Shown one piece after another: positions 10,901-19,157 of a stretch of DNA of 64,000 bases. The DNA comes from an uncultured bacterium (lineage in GTDB: Bacteria; Verrucomicrobiota; Kiritimatiellia; RFP12; UBA1067): the NCBI GenBank assembly GCA_902802945.1, contig CADCOC010000003.1, forward strand, positions 1,089 through 65,088, written 5' to 3'. The notes below the pieces were generated by a model, which ran no database searches, was not told where the DNA came from, and was given only the letters and a program-made list of their open reading frames with translations. Both the position numbers and the translations under genes were made by a program. Within the stretch, counting starts at the first letter, position 1, and every line of letters starts with the position of its first letter.

Positions 10901-11976
10901 CCGGGGTGCTGATCGGCGGCGAATACCTGCTGCCGGGCCTGCCCGACCCATCCGAGACCAACCTGAGGCTCAAGCGCAGCGACCTCATCCGCGACGGGTT
11001 CGTGGAGGCGAGGATCGGCGAGTCGCTCGGCGCGTTCTGGCTCTATGCGCGGCGTTCGACGCAGGGCATGGTGCGCTTCGGGTTCGACAGCGACGGATTC
11101 CTGCGCATTCAGGCGTGGCAGAACGGCGAGCCACGGGTACTGGACAGCGTCCTGTGGGTCCGTCCGAAAGACGACCTCACGCTTCGGCTGGAGGTCCGCG
11201 GCGACGGCGCGATTGGCTACTTCAACGGCAGGCACGTGTTCTCCACGTCCCTCGAGATTCCACGCGTGCTCGGCTATGGCTGGTGGGGGGTGGCGGCCTC
11301 CGCATCCGAGACGGGCATGGCTCAGACGCGCCTCAAGGAGCTGTCGTCCGGTCCGTTGAGACCGACAATCGCCGTCATGGACCTGCTGCCGACCGTCATG
11401 GAGGCGGGCACCTCCGAACCCGCGCCGACGCGCGACGTTCTTGAGGCTTTGCGCGCGCGGGTGGGCGACGTGGGCGTGATTGCGCCGGTCGTCGGCCAGC
11501 AGGCGGTGGACCGGACTTTCTCTTCTCCAGACGCCCGCGCGCTAGACGGTCTGCGCGTCTTCGTGCGCTACCACCGTCTGCGGCTAATGCCGATCGTGGA
11601 CCTCGGCTACTACAACGACCCCGAGCCTGCGGACGTCATCGCCTACATGAAGAAGTCCGGCTTCGATGGCCTGTGCCTGCGGGTGAGGCGCCTCCCCGAG
11701 GCGGAATGGTGCGCGAAGATGGAGAAGGCGCTCGAGGCCCTGTTCGCGAACGTCATCCTTATCCAGAGCGACAAGCCGCTCGCGGAGGCCGCGCAGGCCG
11801 ACGCCAAGGTGGTGCTGCACGAACTCCAGCGCGGCAGTCTCTACCTGCAGACGGGTCAGGCGACCTGGGAGACCCAGGCGGAGAAATTCGAGAAGTGGAA
11901 GGCCTCCCCCGCAGGCAAGGACCGTACGGGGACGAAGCCGATGCTAGTGGTCATGCCAAGGGGGAGGGAAAACTGA
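7948..11976 (+). CDS. membrane-anchored PgaB-like (degenerate NodB fold) / TPR protein of the exopolysaccharide locus
   Basis: N-terminal TM helix (AWLVLFGLVCLGVATWGVL). A deacetylase-family pattern follows (FVAIVYDGV...MFESQLDALKAAGYTPITLDDV...LLITFENSRRS), but the TFDDG aspartates are replaced. TPR-like repeats occur mid-protein (AYRKALELDP..., ALAQARWLDHKG...). The alternative start ATG 7963 overlaps the synthase stop (ATGA). Confidence 0.6.
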   Translation: MGYERMSENPDRTSSAGMAGNGWTRPQAMRKDQNRNAWLVLFGLVCLGVATWGVLNGFYWKRRERVQRAALDMAKRESDSFVAIVYDGVTTKPEPGGDFVSTKMFESQLDALKAAGYTPITLDDVARFYKEKRLLPAKSLLITFENSRRSSYFTTAGLLEKRRWHAVMGVVTDDVRKEVEGVILAPYLEHMKSSPTWELAVESDHGTGEVTAGADGRKAMFFSAPAWLPDLSRFETLEEFDRRIRADHAAAVSFFTNKLECAARAFFFPMGNYGQFEAHNRPLREANLKAVEDFYEMGFVIDGFGYNDAHSDPRRLARLKVDPTWSADELVRILDGVWPRETPGGWNDPPEAGDVEKERWRAIWGECIPGAGSSSVYLRAKAPDDPVVSDKGSTTGSKALVMGSNAFAEGSLEIKFRMEGGGFTVFLNYVGEDDTVMLTLGNDSSVILTRNQPERPGGERLAAEFLDSPISTGREHSLVLVSRNGALFTMLDGRMLFAGGVSLGNPRPKPGFVGAGVWSGHPGEAVVEIMSVRLRAPLPRLAVWDAESIRDKTDVFAELERQAFRYDGIAPPWFSASDGMAGFQLVEDLDVIKVEAAKAFCGVWPRLKLSGKNPFDNIPRETSAEAFKDGGFAGLYIDASELDETGLPLMRSWIASFRQDTGYTNMPVAVRFPASFVSGSLAVGFLDTLPGVTVVAADGSAVTPVLWKRMHGLLPVVPNGKDGAVNYYQLAKIDANPQDAQPGDPDFVVRVERLLTERRFLEADAAAKRWTEAMPTSADAWEYKARLNVRETRGDDAAAAYRKALELDPGRISVVTAFADYLMTTGKAEDEAREMLDRYAKAFPLNREIALAQARWLDHKGMRADARAILKDWVKRQPDNIDNRVALHNYLNDAPERYENLLHIIDMVAPSSQNLMWFRRKIESSGLFTFPESSAAFDFLRRVASDSKNGLVRRNYMTLMPLEQPISENFSMSSLSDNWEVFGNTGVLIGGEYLLPGLPDPSETNLRLKRSDLIRDGFVEARIGESLGAFWLYARRSTQGMVRFGFDSDGFLRIQAWQNGEPRVLDSVLWVRPKDDLTLRLEVRGDGAIGYFNGRHVFSTSLEIPRVLGYGWWGVAASASETGMAQTRLKELSSGPLRPTIAVMDLLPTVMEAGTSEPAPTRDVLEALRARVGDVGVIAPVVGQQAVDRTFSSPDARALDGLRVFVRYHRLRLMPIVDLGYYNDPEPADVIAYMKKSGFDGLCLRVRRLPEAEWCAKMEKALEALFANVILIQSDKPLAEAAQADAKVVLHELQRGSLYLQTGQATWETQAEKFEKWKASPAGKDRTGTKPMLVVMPRGREN

Positions 11977-13460
11977 TGCTGTTTCCGACCTTGACATTCG
12001 CCGTGTTCTTCGCGGTCGTCTTCGGCCTCAACTGGGGCCTGGCGGCGCTGGCGGAGCGGTATGCAGGCTGCGAAATGGGGCTCGTCTCGCTGAGGAAGCT
12101 GGTATTGCTCGCCGCGAGTCTCTTGTTCTACGGCTGGTGGAGCTGGCCGTTTGCGCTGATGCTGCTCGCGTCTTCCGTCATCAACCATGGCTTCGCCCTG
12201 TGGATGGCCGGGAGAGGGGGGCGGGCGGGCCGACTGCCGGTGGTGCTTGCGGTCGCGCTCAACATCGGGGTGCTCGTGTTCTTCAAGTACACGGGATTCC
12301 TCTTCAACGGGGCGGTCGCCCCGCTGGGGGTGAAGGTGGCCGGCTGGCTTGGCCGAGGCGATGCGTGGATCGCCTTCCTGGAGTCGGCGCAGCCGTTTCT
12401 GGACATGATTGTCCTCCCCGTGGGCATTTCCTTCTACACTTTCCAGGCGCTGAGCTACGTGATCGACGTGGCGCGCGGCGAGATCAGGCCCGCGAGGCGC
12501 TGGATCGACTTCGCGAACTACCTTGCATTCTTCCCGCAGCTCGTGGCCGGGCCGATCGTCCGTGCGGGCCACCTCATCCCGGCGATGGAGAACCTGCCGG
12601 GAACGCAGACGAAGCTGGATACCGCGCGCGCGGGCGTACTCATCCTCGTGGGGCTCTTCAAGAAGATGGTCATCGCGGACTACCTCGCCGCGAACCTCGC
12701 GGACCCGATCTTCGCCATGCCGGAGGACTTCGGCACCATCGACGCACTCATGGGCGTGTACGCCTACACCTTGCAGATCTACTGCGACTTCTCGGCCTAC
12801 TCCGACATCGCGATCGGTTGCGCGTTGCTGCTGGGCTTCGAGTTCCCGATCAATTTCGACGCGCCCTATTTCTCTGACAGTTTCCAGATGTTCTGGCGCC
12901 GCTGGCACATCTCGCTCTCGTCGTGGCTCCGCGACTACCTCTACATCCCACTGGGCGGCTCGCGCAGGGGGAAGGCGAGAACCTATGTGAACCTCATGCT
13001 CACCATGTTCCTGGGCGGGCTCTGGCACGGGGCGGGTTGGGCGTTCGCGCTGTGGGGGATCCTGCACGGCGCGCTGCTGGCGGTGGAGCGCATGCTCGGC
13101 CGCCTCGTTTCCTTCCGCCCGCCGAAGTGGCTTGCGCGGATATTCGTGTTCCACGTGGTCGCCTTCCTGTGGATTCTCTTCAGGGCGGGTTCTGCAGACG
13201 GCATGGAGACCTTCAAGGGCGTAATCAATGCGTTCATGGCCGTAGGCACGGAGTCTACGCTGCCTGTGGCGGCTGGCGTGGCGGTGCTGGCGGTGGGCTT
13301 CGCCCTGCAGTTCTGCGACGGGGCGCGTCTCGCTTGGCTCACCGACCGCGTGCGCAGGTGGCCCGTGTGGGTGCAGGGCGGCTTGGCGGCGGTCGTGTTT
13401 ACCATCATCCTGGGGCTCGCCCCCGAAGGCGTGGCTCCGTTCATCTATTTCCAGTTCTGA
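11976..13460 (+). CDS. MBOAT-family membrane O-acyltransferase (AlgI/DltB/PatA-like)
   Basis: ATG 11976 overlaps the upstream stop (TGATG). The product is a multi-pass membrane protein of 494 aa carrying the signature RWHISLSSWLRDYLYIPLGGSRRG. The ORF-track extension back to 11673 lies inside the upstream gene. Confidence 0.85.
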   Translation: MLFPTLTFAVFFAVVFGLNWGLAALAERYAGCEMGLVSLRKLVLLAASLLFYGWWSWPFALMLLASSVINHGFALWMAGRGGRAGRLPVVLAVALNIGVLVFFKYTGFLFNGAVAPLGVKVAGWLGRGDAWIAFLESAQPFLDMIVLPVGISFYTFQALSYVIDVARGEIRPARRWIDFANYLAFFPQLVAGPIVRAGHLIPAMENLPGTQTKLDTARAGVLILVGLFKKMVIADYLAANLADPIFAMPEDFGTIDALMGVYAYTLQIYCDFSAYSDIAIGCALLLGFEFPINFDAPYFSDSFQMFWRRWHISLSSWLRDYLYIPLGGSRRGKARTYVNLMLTMFLGGLWHGAGWAFALWGILHGALLAVERMLGRLVSFRPPKWLARIFVFHVVAFLWILFRAGSADGMETFKGVINAFMAVGTESTLPVAAGVAVLAVGFALQFCDGARLAWLTDRVRRWPVWVQGGLAAVVFTIILGLAPEGVAPFIYFQF

Positions 13461-13473
13461 AGGAGGCGTGGAC

Positions 13474-13737
13474 ATGAAGGACACAGAAGAAAGGAACGTG
13501 ACTTGGCGGGCGACGGCGGCCGGCCTTGCCGTGTTCTACGCGCTTGTTGTGCTCATGAACGCGCCGGCGATGGAGAAGAACGCCGAGAACATGGACTACG
13601 GCGTTGCCCGCGACGCGATGAAGGCACTCGTGCGTCCGGTCGCACGCCTCTCGGCGATGTGCCGACTTGATTTTCTCCGTCGGGGAGCCGCGCGCGTTCG
13701 CGGGCGGTGGCTCGACCAGGAGGATAACCCGCAATAG
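13474..13737 (+). CDS. small hypothetical membrane protein
   Basis: RBS GAAGGAGG lies 7 nt upstream of ATG 13474. There is one hydrophobic helix (AAGLAVFYALVVLMNA). No recognisable family. The gene sits between the MBOAT and SGNH genes. Confidence 0.4.
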   Translation: MKDTEERNVTWRATAAGLAVFYALVVLMNAPAMEKNAENMDYGVARDAMKALVRPVARLSAMCRLDFLRRGAARVRGRWLDQEDNPQ

Positions 13738-13751
13738 TAAACAAACATCCA

Positions 13752-14504
13752 ATGAAAAAGGAAGGTAAAATGACAAGGAAACTCATGGCTGCGGCCGTCC
13801 TGATGGCGGCGATTACGGTGACTGGTGCGGAGACGGACGCTCCGAAGATTGGGGAGTCGGTCAAGCTCGACACGCCCGTCATCTTCATTGGCGACTCGAT
13901 GATGAAGATGCTCGGCAAGGGCATGGAGAAGGCCTTCAAGGCTAAGGAGGTGATTCCGGCCGAGTCGTTCTCGTCGCTCGGTTCAGGACTTGCCCGGCCG
14001 TCGGTCTTCAACTGGCCGGCGAAGGCCAAGGAACTCTGCGAGCGGGTGAAGCCGAAGACCGCGTTCATTGCGTTGGGCACGAACGACAGGCAGAGCCTCG
14101 AGAGCCGTACGGGCAGCATGGCCGTGGCGGGGACGGACGAGTGGCGCGTCGAGTACAAGTGCCGCATAGAGGAGCTTCTCGACGCCCTCTACGCGAACGG
14201 CGTAACCCACGCCGTGTGGATGCTTACGCCGCCTATGAAGTCCGACGTCAACGAGCAGCACGCGCAGCTCGTCGCCGGCATAGTCGCCGAGGTCGCAGGC
14301 GAAGAGAAGTACCGTGAACGGTTCCACAGGTACGACATGGGCAAGGTGCTCACGATCCGGCCGGGACGCTACACCCAGACCATCATCTCCAAGACTGGCG
14401 CGGCTCTCACGGTGCGCGACACGGACGGCATCCACCTGTCCTTCCCTGGCGCGAAAATCGTTGCGGAGGATGTGCTCAAGACCTACTGGCCCGACAAGAA
14501 GTAA
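13752..14504 (+). CDS. secreted SGNH/GDSL-fold protein (AlgX/AlgJ/DUF459-type partner of the MBOAT)
   Basis: Signal peptide (KLMAAAVLMAAITVTGA). SGNH blocks FIGDSMM, ALGTNDRQ and DGIHLS are present. The alternative start ATG 13770 is preceded by AAGGAAGG. Confidence 0.75.
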   Translation: MKKEGKMTRKLMAAAVLMAAITVTGAETDAPKIGESVKLDTPVIFIGDSMMKMLGKGMEKAFKAKEVIPAESFSSLGSGLARPSVFNWPAKAKELCERVKPKTAFIALGTNDRQSLESRTGSMAVAGTDEWRVEYKCRIEELLDALYANGVTHAVWMLTPPMKSDVNEQHAQLVAGIVAEVAGEEKYRERFHRYDMGKVLTIRPGRYTQTIISKTGAALTVRDTDGIHLSFPGAKIVAEDVLKTYWPDKK

Positions 14505-14531
14505 AAAGAGAAGTAACCCGCAGGAGGCACG

Positions 14532-17500
14532 ATGAGGATAATTGGACGGGTAATCACGCTGGCGCTGGTCCTGGCCGCCGGTTCGGCTTGCGCCGCTACC
14601 ATCCAGGACGAGTTCAAGCGCGTTATCGACGAATCCCGCCGGACGGACGTTTCGGTAACGCCCGCCCAGGCGCTCCTCTATCACGGACTTGGTCTCCTGC
14701 AGGAGGAGGAGTTCGCCGAGGCAATTCCCTTCCTGGAGGAGGCGATCTCGCGCGACCCCGCGCTGGAGGCCGGCTGGGAGGGCCTCGGCTGGTGCTACGT
14801 GCGGACCGGCCAGCAGAAACGCGCACGCGACCTGTGGTTCCGGATGCGCGACCTGATGCCCGAGAAGGCCAAGCCCCACTCGCTCGTCGCGCAGTACGAG
14901 ATCCTCGAAAAGGACTGGGTGAAGGCGGACGAGTCCTTCCGCAAGGCCCTCGCCATCAATCCGCGGGACTACGACCTAAAATACTCATTCGCGCAGAACC
15001 TGATGCGACTGGGCGAGATCGAGGAGGCCGAAGCGGTTTTGAAGGGGCTTATCAAGGAGAACCCCGACCGCGTCGACATCCAGCACACCTACGCCCAGAT
15101 GCTTGCAAACCGCTTTCAGGACGATGAGGCGCTCAAGATCTACCGCGAGATCGCGGAAATCATCTCGGACAACGCCCTCATAAAACTCGAGCAGGCAACG
15201 CTGGAGCTGCGGGTGGGCGAACTGGAGAAAGCCGACCGCCTTTGCCGGGAGGTTCTCGTGCTGGAGCCCGATAACATGGTGGCCATGCGGCTCCGGGCCG
15301 ATATCGCGGAGATATCGGGCCAGGAGGACGTGACCCCGCTCGTGGCGCTTATCGATGCGACCACCAACCGCCTCATGCGCGCGGAGTACCTCACCCGGCT
15401 AGCGGGCCGGTGCGTGGCCATCAACCGGGTCAACCCCGAGCGCTACAAGACCGACATGATCATCGACCGGCTGCAGGAGGCGGTCAAGGACGATCCCCTG
15501 AACATGCAGGCGCGCGGTCTCCTGGCCGAGCTTTGCTACCAGTCCGGCCGGTTGAGCGCGTGCCGCAGCCAGATCGAGGAAGTCCTCCTCAAGTACAACC
15601 ATCAGGACGTGCGGGCGCTTATGCTGCTCTTCGAGGTGGAGGTCAAGGAGCGGAAATTCGAGGCAGCGCAACGCGTCCTGCGTGAGTGCTTCAAGCATTT
15701 CGACCGCGACGACCCGATGATACACTACTACCGCGCGCGCCTCTATTCCGCCCAGGGCGAATACGCCAAGGCGATGGCGGAGGCGAAACGGCTTGAGGAG
15801 GCGGGTTCTAAGAGTTCCGTGTTCACGCTCAAGTACACCGGCCTCACCGAGAGCGACTGGATGCAGCAGACGAGCGTGAGACGCCTGACGGAGCACATCC
15901 GTTCGCTGCAGCGAGCCGGCTGGGAGCTGGTCTCGGCGGACGAGATTCCCCGGATCATCGGTGCCGTGAGACGCCCCGCAAAAAACGCCAAGGGCGGTCG
16001 CCGGAAAGTGCGGCACCTCATCGACGAGCAGGCCGACGAGGAGGAAGCGCCTCTCCCTGCGAAGTTCTTCGACCATGTCGGCTGGATGGTCACGGGCCGG
16101 CATTACCTCAAGAACGACAAGGAGACGAGAAGGGTCCGCGAGCGCAGGCGATATAGTCAGGATGATGATGACGAGGACGGCGACGAGGACGAGGAAGACC
16201 AGGATGACGAGGATTACTCAGGTCCCCAGTTGACCTTCACGGTGACGTTCGACACAGCCCGCCGCTCGCAAATGGTGCTGGGCACCCGCGTGGCGGAGGA
16301 GTTCGGCGTTCCTTTCGCGATGTTCACACCCTCCGAGGAACCGGAATCTTTCGAGCCCAGCAGGCTTGAGTGGGATGAGATACGCCATTACGCCAACACC
16401 GGCAACTGGATCGTCGGATCCTCGCTCCGCTTCGGCGACAAGAAGGAGCCCGTGGACAAGGAGGGCATCGACATGCGAGACCCACTGCACAACCGCCTGT
16501 GGAAGGCCGACCGCAACAGGATCGAGTCGATGAACGAATGGGACCGGCGCATCCGCCATGAGTTCCGCGACAGCCGCGCCAAAATACGCAAGGAGATGGG
16601 CTCGAACGACTGCGCCGTGGCCATGGTGGCCTACCCCCGCGGCTCGGTGGGGCAGGTTGGCGCGAGCAACATTAGCACCAAGCGCTCGATCTGTGACAGC
16701 ATCATCTCCGAGGCCGCTAGTTCCTATAACCTCGGTTTCGTGCAGAGCACCACCGGCTTCACCTTGACCGGCGACGACCCGATGATCGCGCGCCGCTACG
16801 AGCCCAGCTGGTCGGACGAGGGCGAGGACGTCGTCCGGCACGCCTACGAGTACCATCCCTACTTCCTCGGCCGCCGGATGCGCGCCGAGCTGGCGATGCT
16901 CCTCAACCAGCCGAACGAGGCGAACAAGATCGTGGCCAGCCTGCGCAAGGGCGGCTATCCCGAAGACCTGTGCGTCAAGCTTGACTACAACATTCGCCAC
17001 CGCTTCCGCAACCGCGTCTCCGCCAGCATGCGCCCATTGCTGGAGACGGTATCGGGCGGGACGTCCGCGCACGACGCGGAGCGCGACGACAGCAACGACA
17101 AGACGATCCGCGGGAACGATCCCGGCGAAGGCGTGGGGGCGAAGCAGGTCGCGGGCGAATTCCGCGAACCGGAACTCGAGTGGCAGATGTCCAATGAGAA
17201 GGAAAAACCCTGGTTCGATCCTGGGCATCCCTACTTGCAGGGCGACGTCTCCCACACCAAGGCCAATGACCAGGTGGAGGTCATCAGGTACGGCGCGAAG
17301 GCCGGGGCCAACTGGAACGACAGGGTCAGCCTGTACGGCGAATACCACAAGGGCGAGATCAAGCAGACCGTCCGGCCCTACTGGAACGCGCGGACGATGA
17401 CCGACGTGCCCTACGAGCAGACGAAGTACAAGTTCAAGGTCGACACCGAGGACTGGCGCTTGGGCATGAACTGGCGTCTCGATTCCGGGGTGTTCCTCTT

Positions 17501-18269
17501 CGGCTCGGGGGGGATGGCGAAGCGCAAGCCCGACTACTCCGGCAAGTACGGGTACGATGATTACGAGAACCTGCAGAATCACCGCAACAGCGGCCATTTC
17601 TCGCGGATGCGCAATAACGACGAGGTGGTGTTTTCATTCGGTGCCCGGTGGAACCCCGAGGACAACTTCTCCGTCATGACGCTCTTCGACCACGACTACG
17701 TGGCCTCGGCCGTCAAGGACGTCACGTACGACTCCCTCGCCCTCACGGCGGCGTGGCTGCCGTCCGACTACTGGAAGCTGTCCGGTCGCACGCAGTACTG
17801 GACCTACAGCGACGACAACGCGATGTACTTCATCAACCTCGAGTCCCTGTGGTCCTCCGAGTCCATGCCGACGGTCTGGTACGGCCTGAGATTCAGCACA
17901 ACCACGACGAGCGACGCCAGCGACTTCTACTGGACGCCCTACTGGGACAAGCGCGCGCTGGGCGTGCTGCGCTACGAGACGGATTCGGACAAGATGCGGT
18001 TCCGGGCCGACTTCCTAGGCGGCTTCTCCAAGAGCGACGGGCGCGGCGGCTTTGCGCTGAACGACGAGAACTATTCGAGCTCAGACGACGAGTCATCTTT
18101 CAAGAACGTATCCGACCGAGACACAGACTGGGAGGCCATCTGGGGCTTTGCCGGCCTCTACAGCTACGACATCACCGACTGGCTGACTGTTTCGGTGGAA
18201 TACGACATCCTGGCCATGAGGTCCTACATCGACCACATGGTGCTTCTATACCTCCTAACCCATTTCTAA
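14532..18269 (+). CDS. TPR + degenerate NodB-like + C-terminal beta-barrel protein (PgaA/BcsC-like polysaccharide exporter candidate)
   Basis: RBS AGGAGG lies upstream of ATG 14532, and the product has a signal peptide. Domain order: about 450 aa of TPR-like repeats; an acidic linker (DDDDEDGDEDEEDQDDEDY); the segment LTFTVTFDTARRS; then about 400 aa with alternating aromatic/polar strand patterns ending ...LYLLTHF. A terminal Phe is typical of outer-membrane barrels. Confidence 0.6.
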   Translation: MRIIGRVITLALVLAAGSACAATIQDEFKRVIDESRRTDVSVTPAQALLYHGLGLLQEEEFAEAIPFLEEAISRDPALEAGWEGLGWCYVRTGQQKRARDLWFRMRDLMPEKAKPHSLVAQYEILEKDWVKADESFRKALAINPRDYDLKYSFAQNLMRLGEIEEAEAVLKGLIKENPDRVDIQHTYAQMLANRFQDDEALKIYREIAEIISDNALIKLEQATLELRVGELEKADRLCREVLVLEPDNMVAMRLRADIAEISGQEDVTPLVALIDATTNRLMRAEYLTRLAGRCVAINRVNPERYKTDMIIDRLQEAVKDDPLNMQARGLLAELCYQSGRLSACRSQIEEVLLKYNHQDVRALMLLFEVEVKERKFEAAQRVLRECFKHFDRDDPMIHYYRARLYSAQGEYAKAMAEAKRLEEAGSKSSVFTLKYTGLTESDWMQQTSVRRLTEHIRSLQRAGWELVSADEIPRIIGAVRRPAKNAKGGRRKVRHLIDEQADEEEAPLPAKFFDHVGWMVTGRHYLKNDKETRRVRERRRYSQDDDDEDGDEDEEDQDDEDYSGPQLTFTVTFDTARRSQMVLGTRVAEEFGVPFAMFTPSEEPESFEPSRLEWDEIRHYANTGNWIVGSSLRFGDKKEPVDKEGIDMRDPLHNRLWKADRNRIESMNEWDRRIRHEFRDSRAKIRKEMGSNDCAVAMVAYPRGSVGQVGASNISTKRSICDSIISEAASSYNLGFVQSTTGFTLTGDDPMIARRYEPSWSDEGEDVVRHAYEYHPYFLGRRMRAELAMLLNQPNEANKIVASLRKGGYPEDLCVKLDYNIRHRFRNRVSASMRPLLETVSGGTSAHDAERDDSNDKTIRGNDPGEGVGAKQVAGEFREPELEWQMSNEKEKPWFDPGHPYLQGDVSHTKANDQVEVIRYGAKAGANWNDRVSLYGEYHKGEIKQTVRPYWNARTMTDVPYEQTKYKFKVDTEDWRLGMNWRLDSGVFLFGSGGMAKRKPDYSGKYGYDDYENLQNHRNSGHFSRMRNNDEVVFSFGARWNPEDNFSVMTLFDHDYVASAVKDVTYDSLALTAAWLPSDYWKLSGRTQYWTYSDDNAMYFINLESLWSSESMPTVWYGLRFSTTTTSDASDFYWTPYWDKRALGVLRYETDSDKMRFRADFLGGFSKSDGRGGFALNDENYSSSDDESSFKNVSDRDTDWEAIWGFAGLYSYDITDWLTVSVEYDILAMRSYIDHMVLLYLLTHF

Positions 18270-18314
18270 CGCCACTCCGATCATCTATTCATGACATGGT
18301 AAAGGAACGTATCC

Positions 18315-19157
18315 ATGACAATCCCAACTCATCATTTCAACTTGCATGACGGAGCCCGTGGGGGCGCGAAACCCCTGATTCTGGTCGTCGACGATTCGAA
18401 CGTCGCGCGGACCATCATCCGCATCACATTCCAGAACGACTTCGAGGTTCACGAGGCTTCGGACGGTACCCAGGCCATTGAGATGCTGCGCAGGGGCGAG
18501 TACAACTACTCCGCCATCATGCTTGACCTCGTCATGAAGGAGGTGGACGGATGGGCGGTGCTGAAGTTTCTGCGCGAAAGCGGCATCATCAAGACGGTGC
18601 CAGTAGTGGTGGAGACTGCCTCGGCCATCGAACTTGAGACGGTCACAGAGCTATATGAGTGCGGTGCGTGGGGAGTGATTGGCAAGCCCTTCGACGGAAA
18701 GATGCTGCTGGCGCTGGTGAAGGCCGTCTGCAAGCGGGCGAACGCCGCCGTCGCCGCCATCGCCTCCGCGGGCGGGGAGCTCAACGCCGTCCTCGAGGGG
18801 ACCGCCGCCGCCGTCTTCGCGGTCGATGCCGTCACGGGGAAGATCGTGCGCGCCAATGGCCGTTTCAACGCGCTGGTCGGCTACTCGCGGACGGTCGGCT
18901 TTACGCTTGCGGACGTCGTGGGGCAGAAAGCCGAGCTCTTCAACGGGATTGTCAAGAACACGGTTGATTCCGGTTCCGGAGGTCCCGTCCTGGTTGACTC
19001 GCTCAAGCCCAACCACGTGGACGTGCTTTTCTGCGAGCTGATGAAGTGCTCGGGTGCCCGCAACGACCTGGTGGTGGGCACGCTGATGGACATCACCGCG
19101 ATGGTGAACCGTCTGCGCGAACTTGAAGCTGCAGTGGCGGCGGGGAGGAGGGCCTAA
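18315..19157 (+). CDS. response regulator receiver + PAS-like domain, no recognisable output domain
   Basis: REC motifs LILVVDDS, MLDLVMKEVDG and VIGKPF. The C-terminal ~120 aa are PAS-like (AVFAVDAVTGKIVRANGRFNALVGYS...). Confidence 0.75.
   Translation: MTIPTHHFNLHDGARGGAKPLILVVDDSNVARTIIRITFQNDFEVHEASDGTQAIEMLRRGEYNYSAIMLDLVMKEVDGWAVLKFLRESGIIKTVPVVVETASAIELETVTELYECGAWGVIGKPFDGKMLLALVKAVCKRANAAVAAIASAGGELNAVLEGTAAAVFAVDAVTGKIVRANGRFNALVGYSRTVGFTLADVVGQKAELFNGIVKNTVDSGSGGPVLVDSLKPNHVDVLFCELMKCSGARNDLVVGTLMDITAMVNRLRELEAAVAAGRRA

Noticed and set aside
11673-11975. N-terminal 101-aa extension of the MBOAT ORF, and the analogous upstream extensions of ispE (53798), pth (54619), guaA (51643), the NeuD-like gene (61770) and the HAD gene (50206).
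   Set aside because: The extensions overlap the preceding genes or lack coding character. Internal ATG codons with RBS-like sequences coincide with the conserved N-termini of the respective families.
6425-18269. Naming the EPS genes pgaABCD or alg genes.
   Set aside because: The synthase motifs are closer to HasA/NodC-type enzymes. The NodB motifs are degenerate and there is no PgaD. An MBOAT/SGNH pair is present, but no Alg8/Alg44/AlgK/AlgE set. Gene symbols would over-claim.
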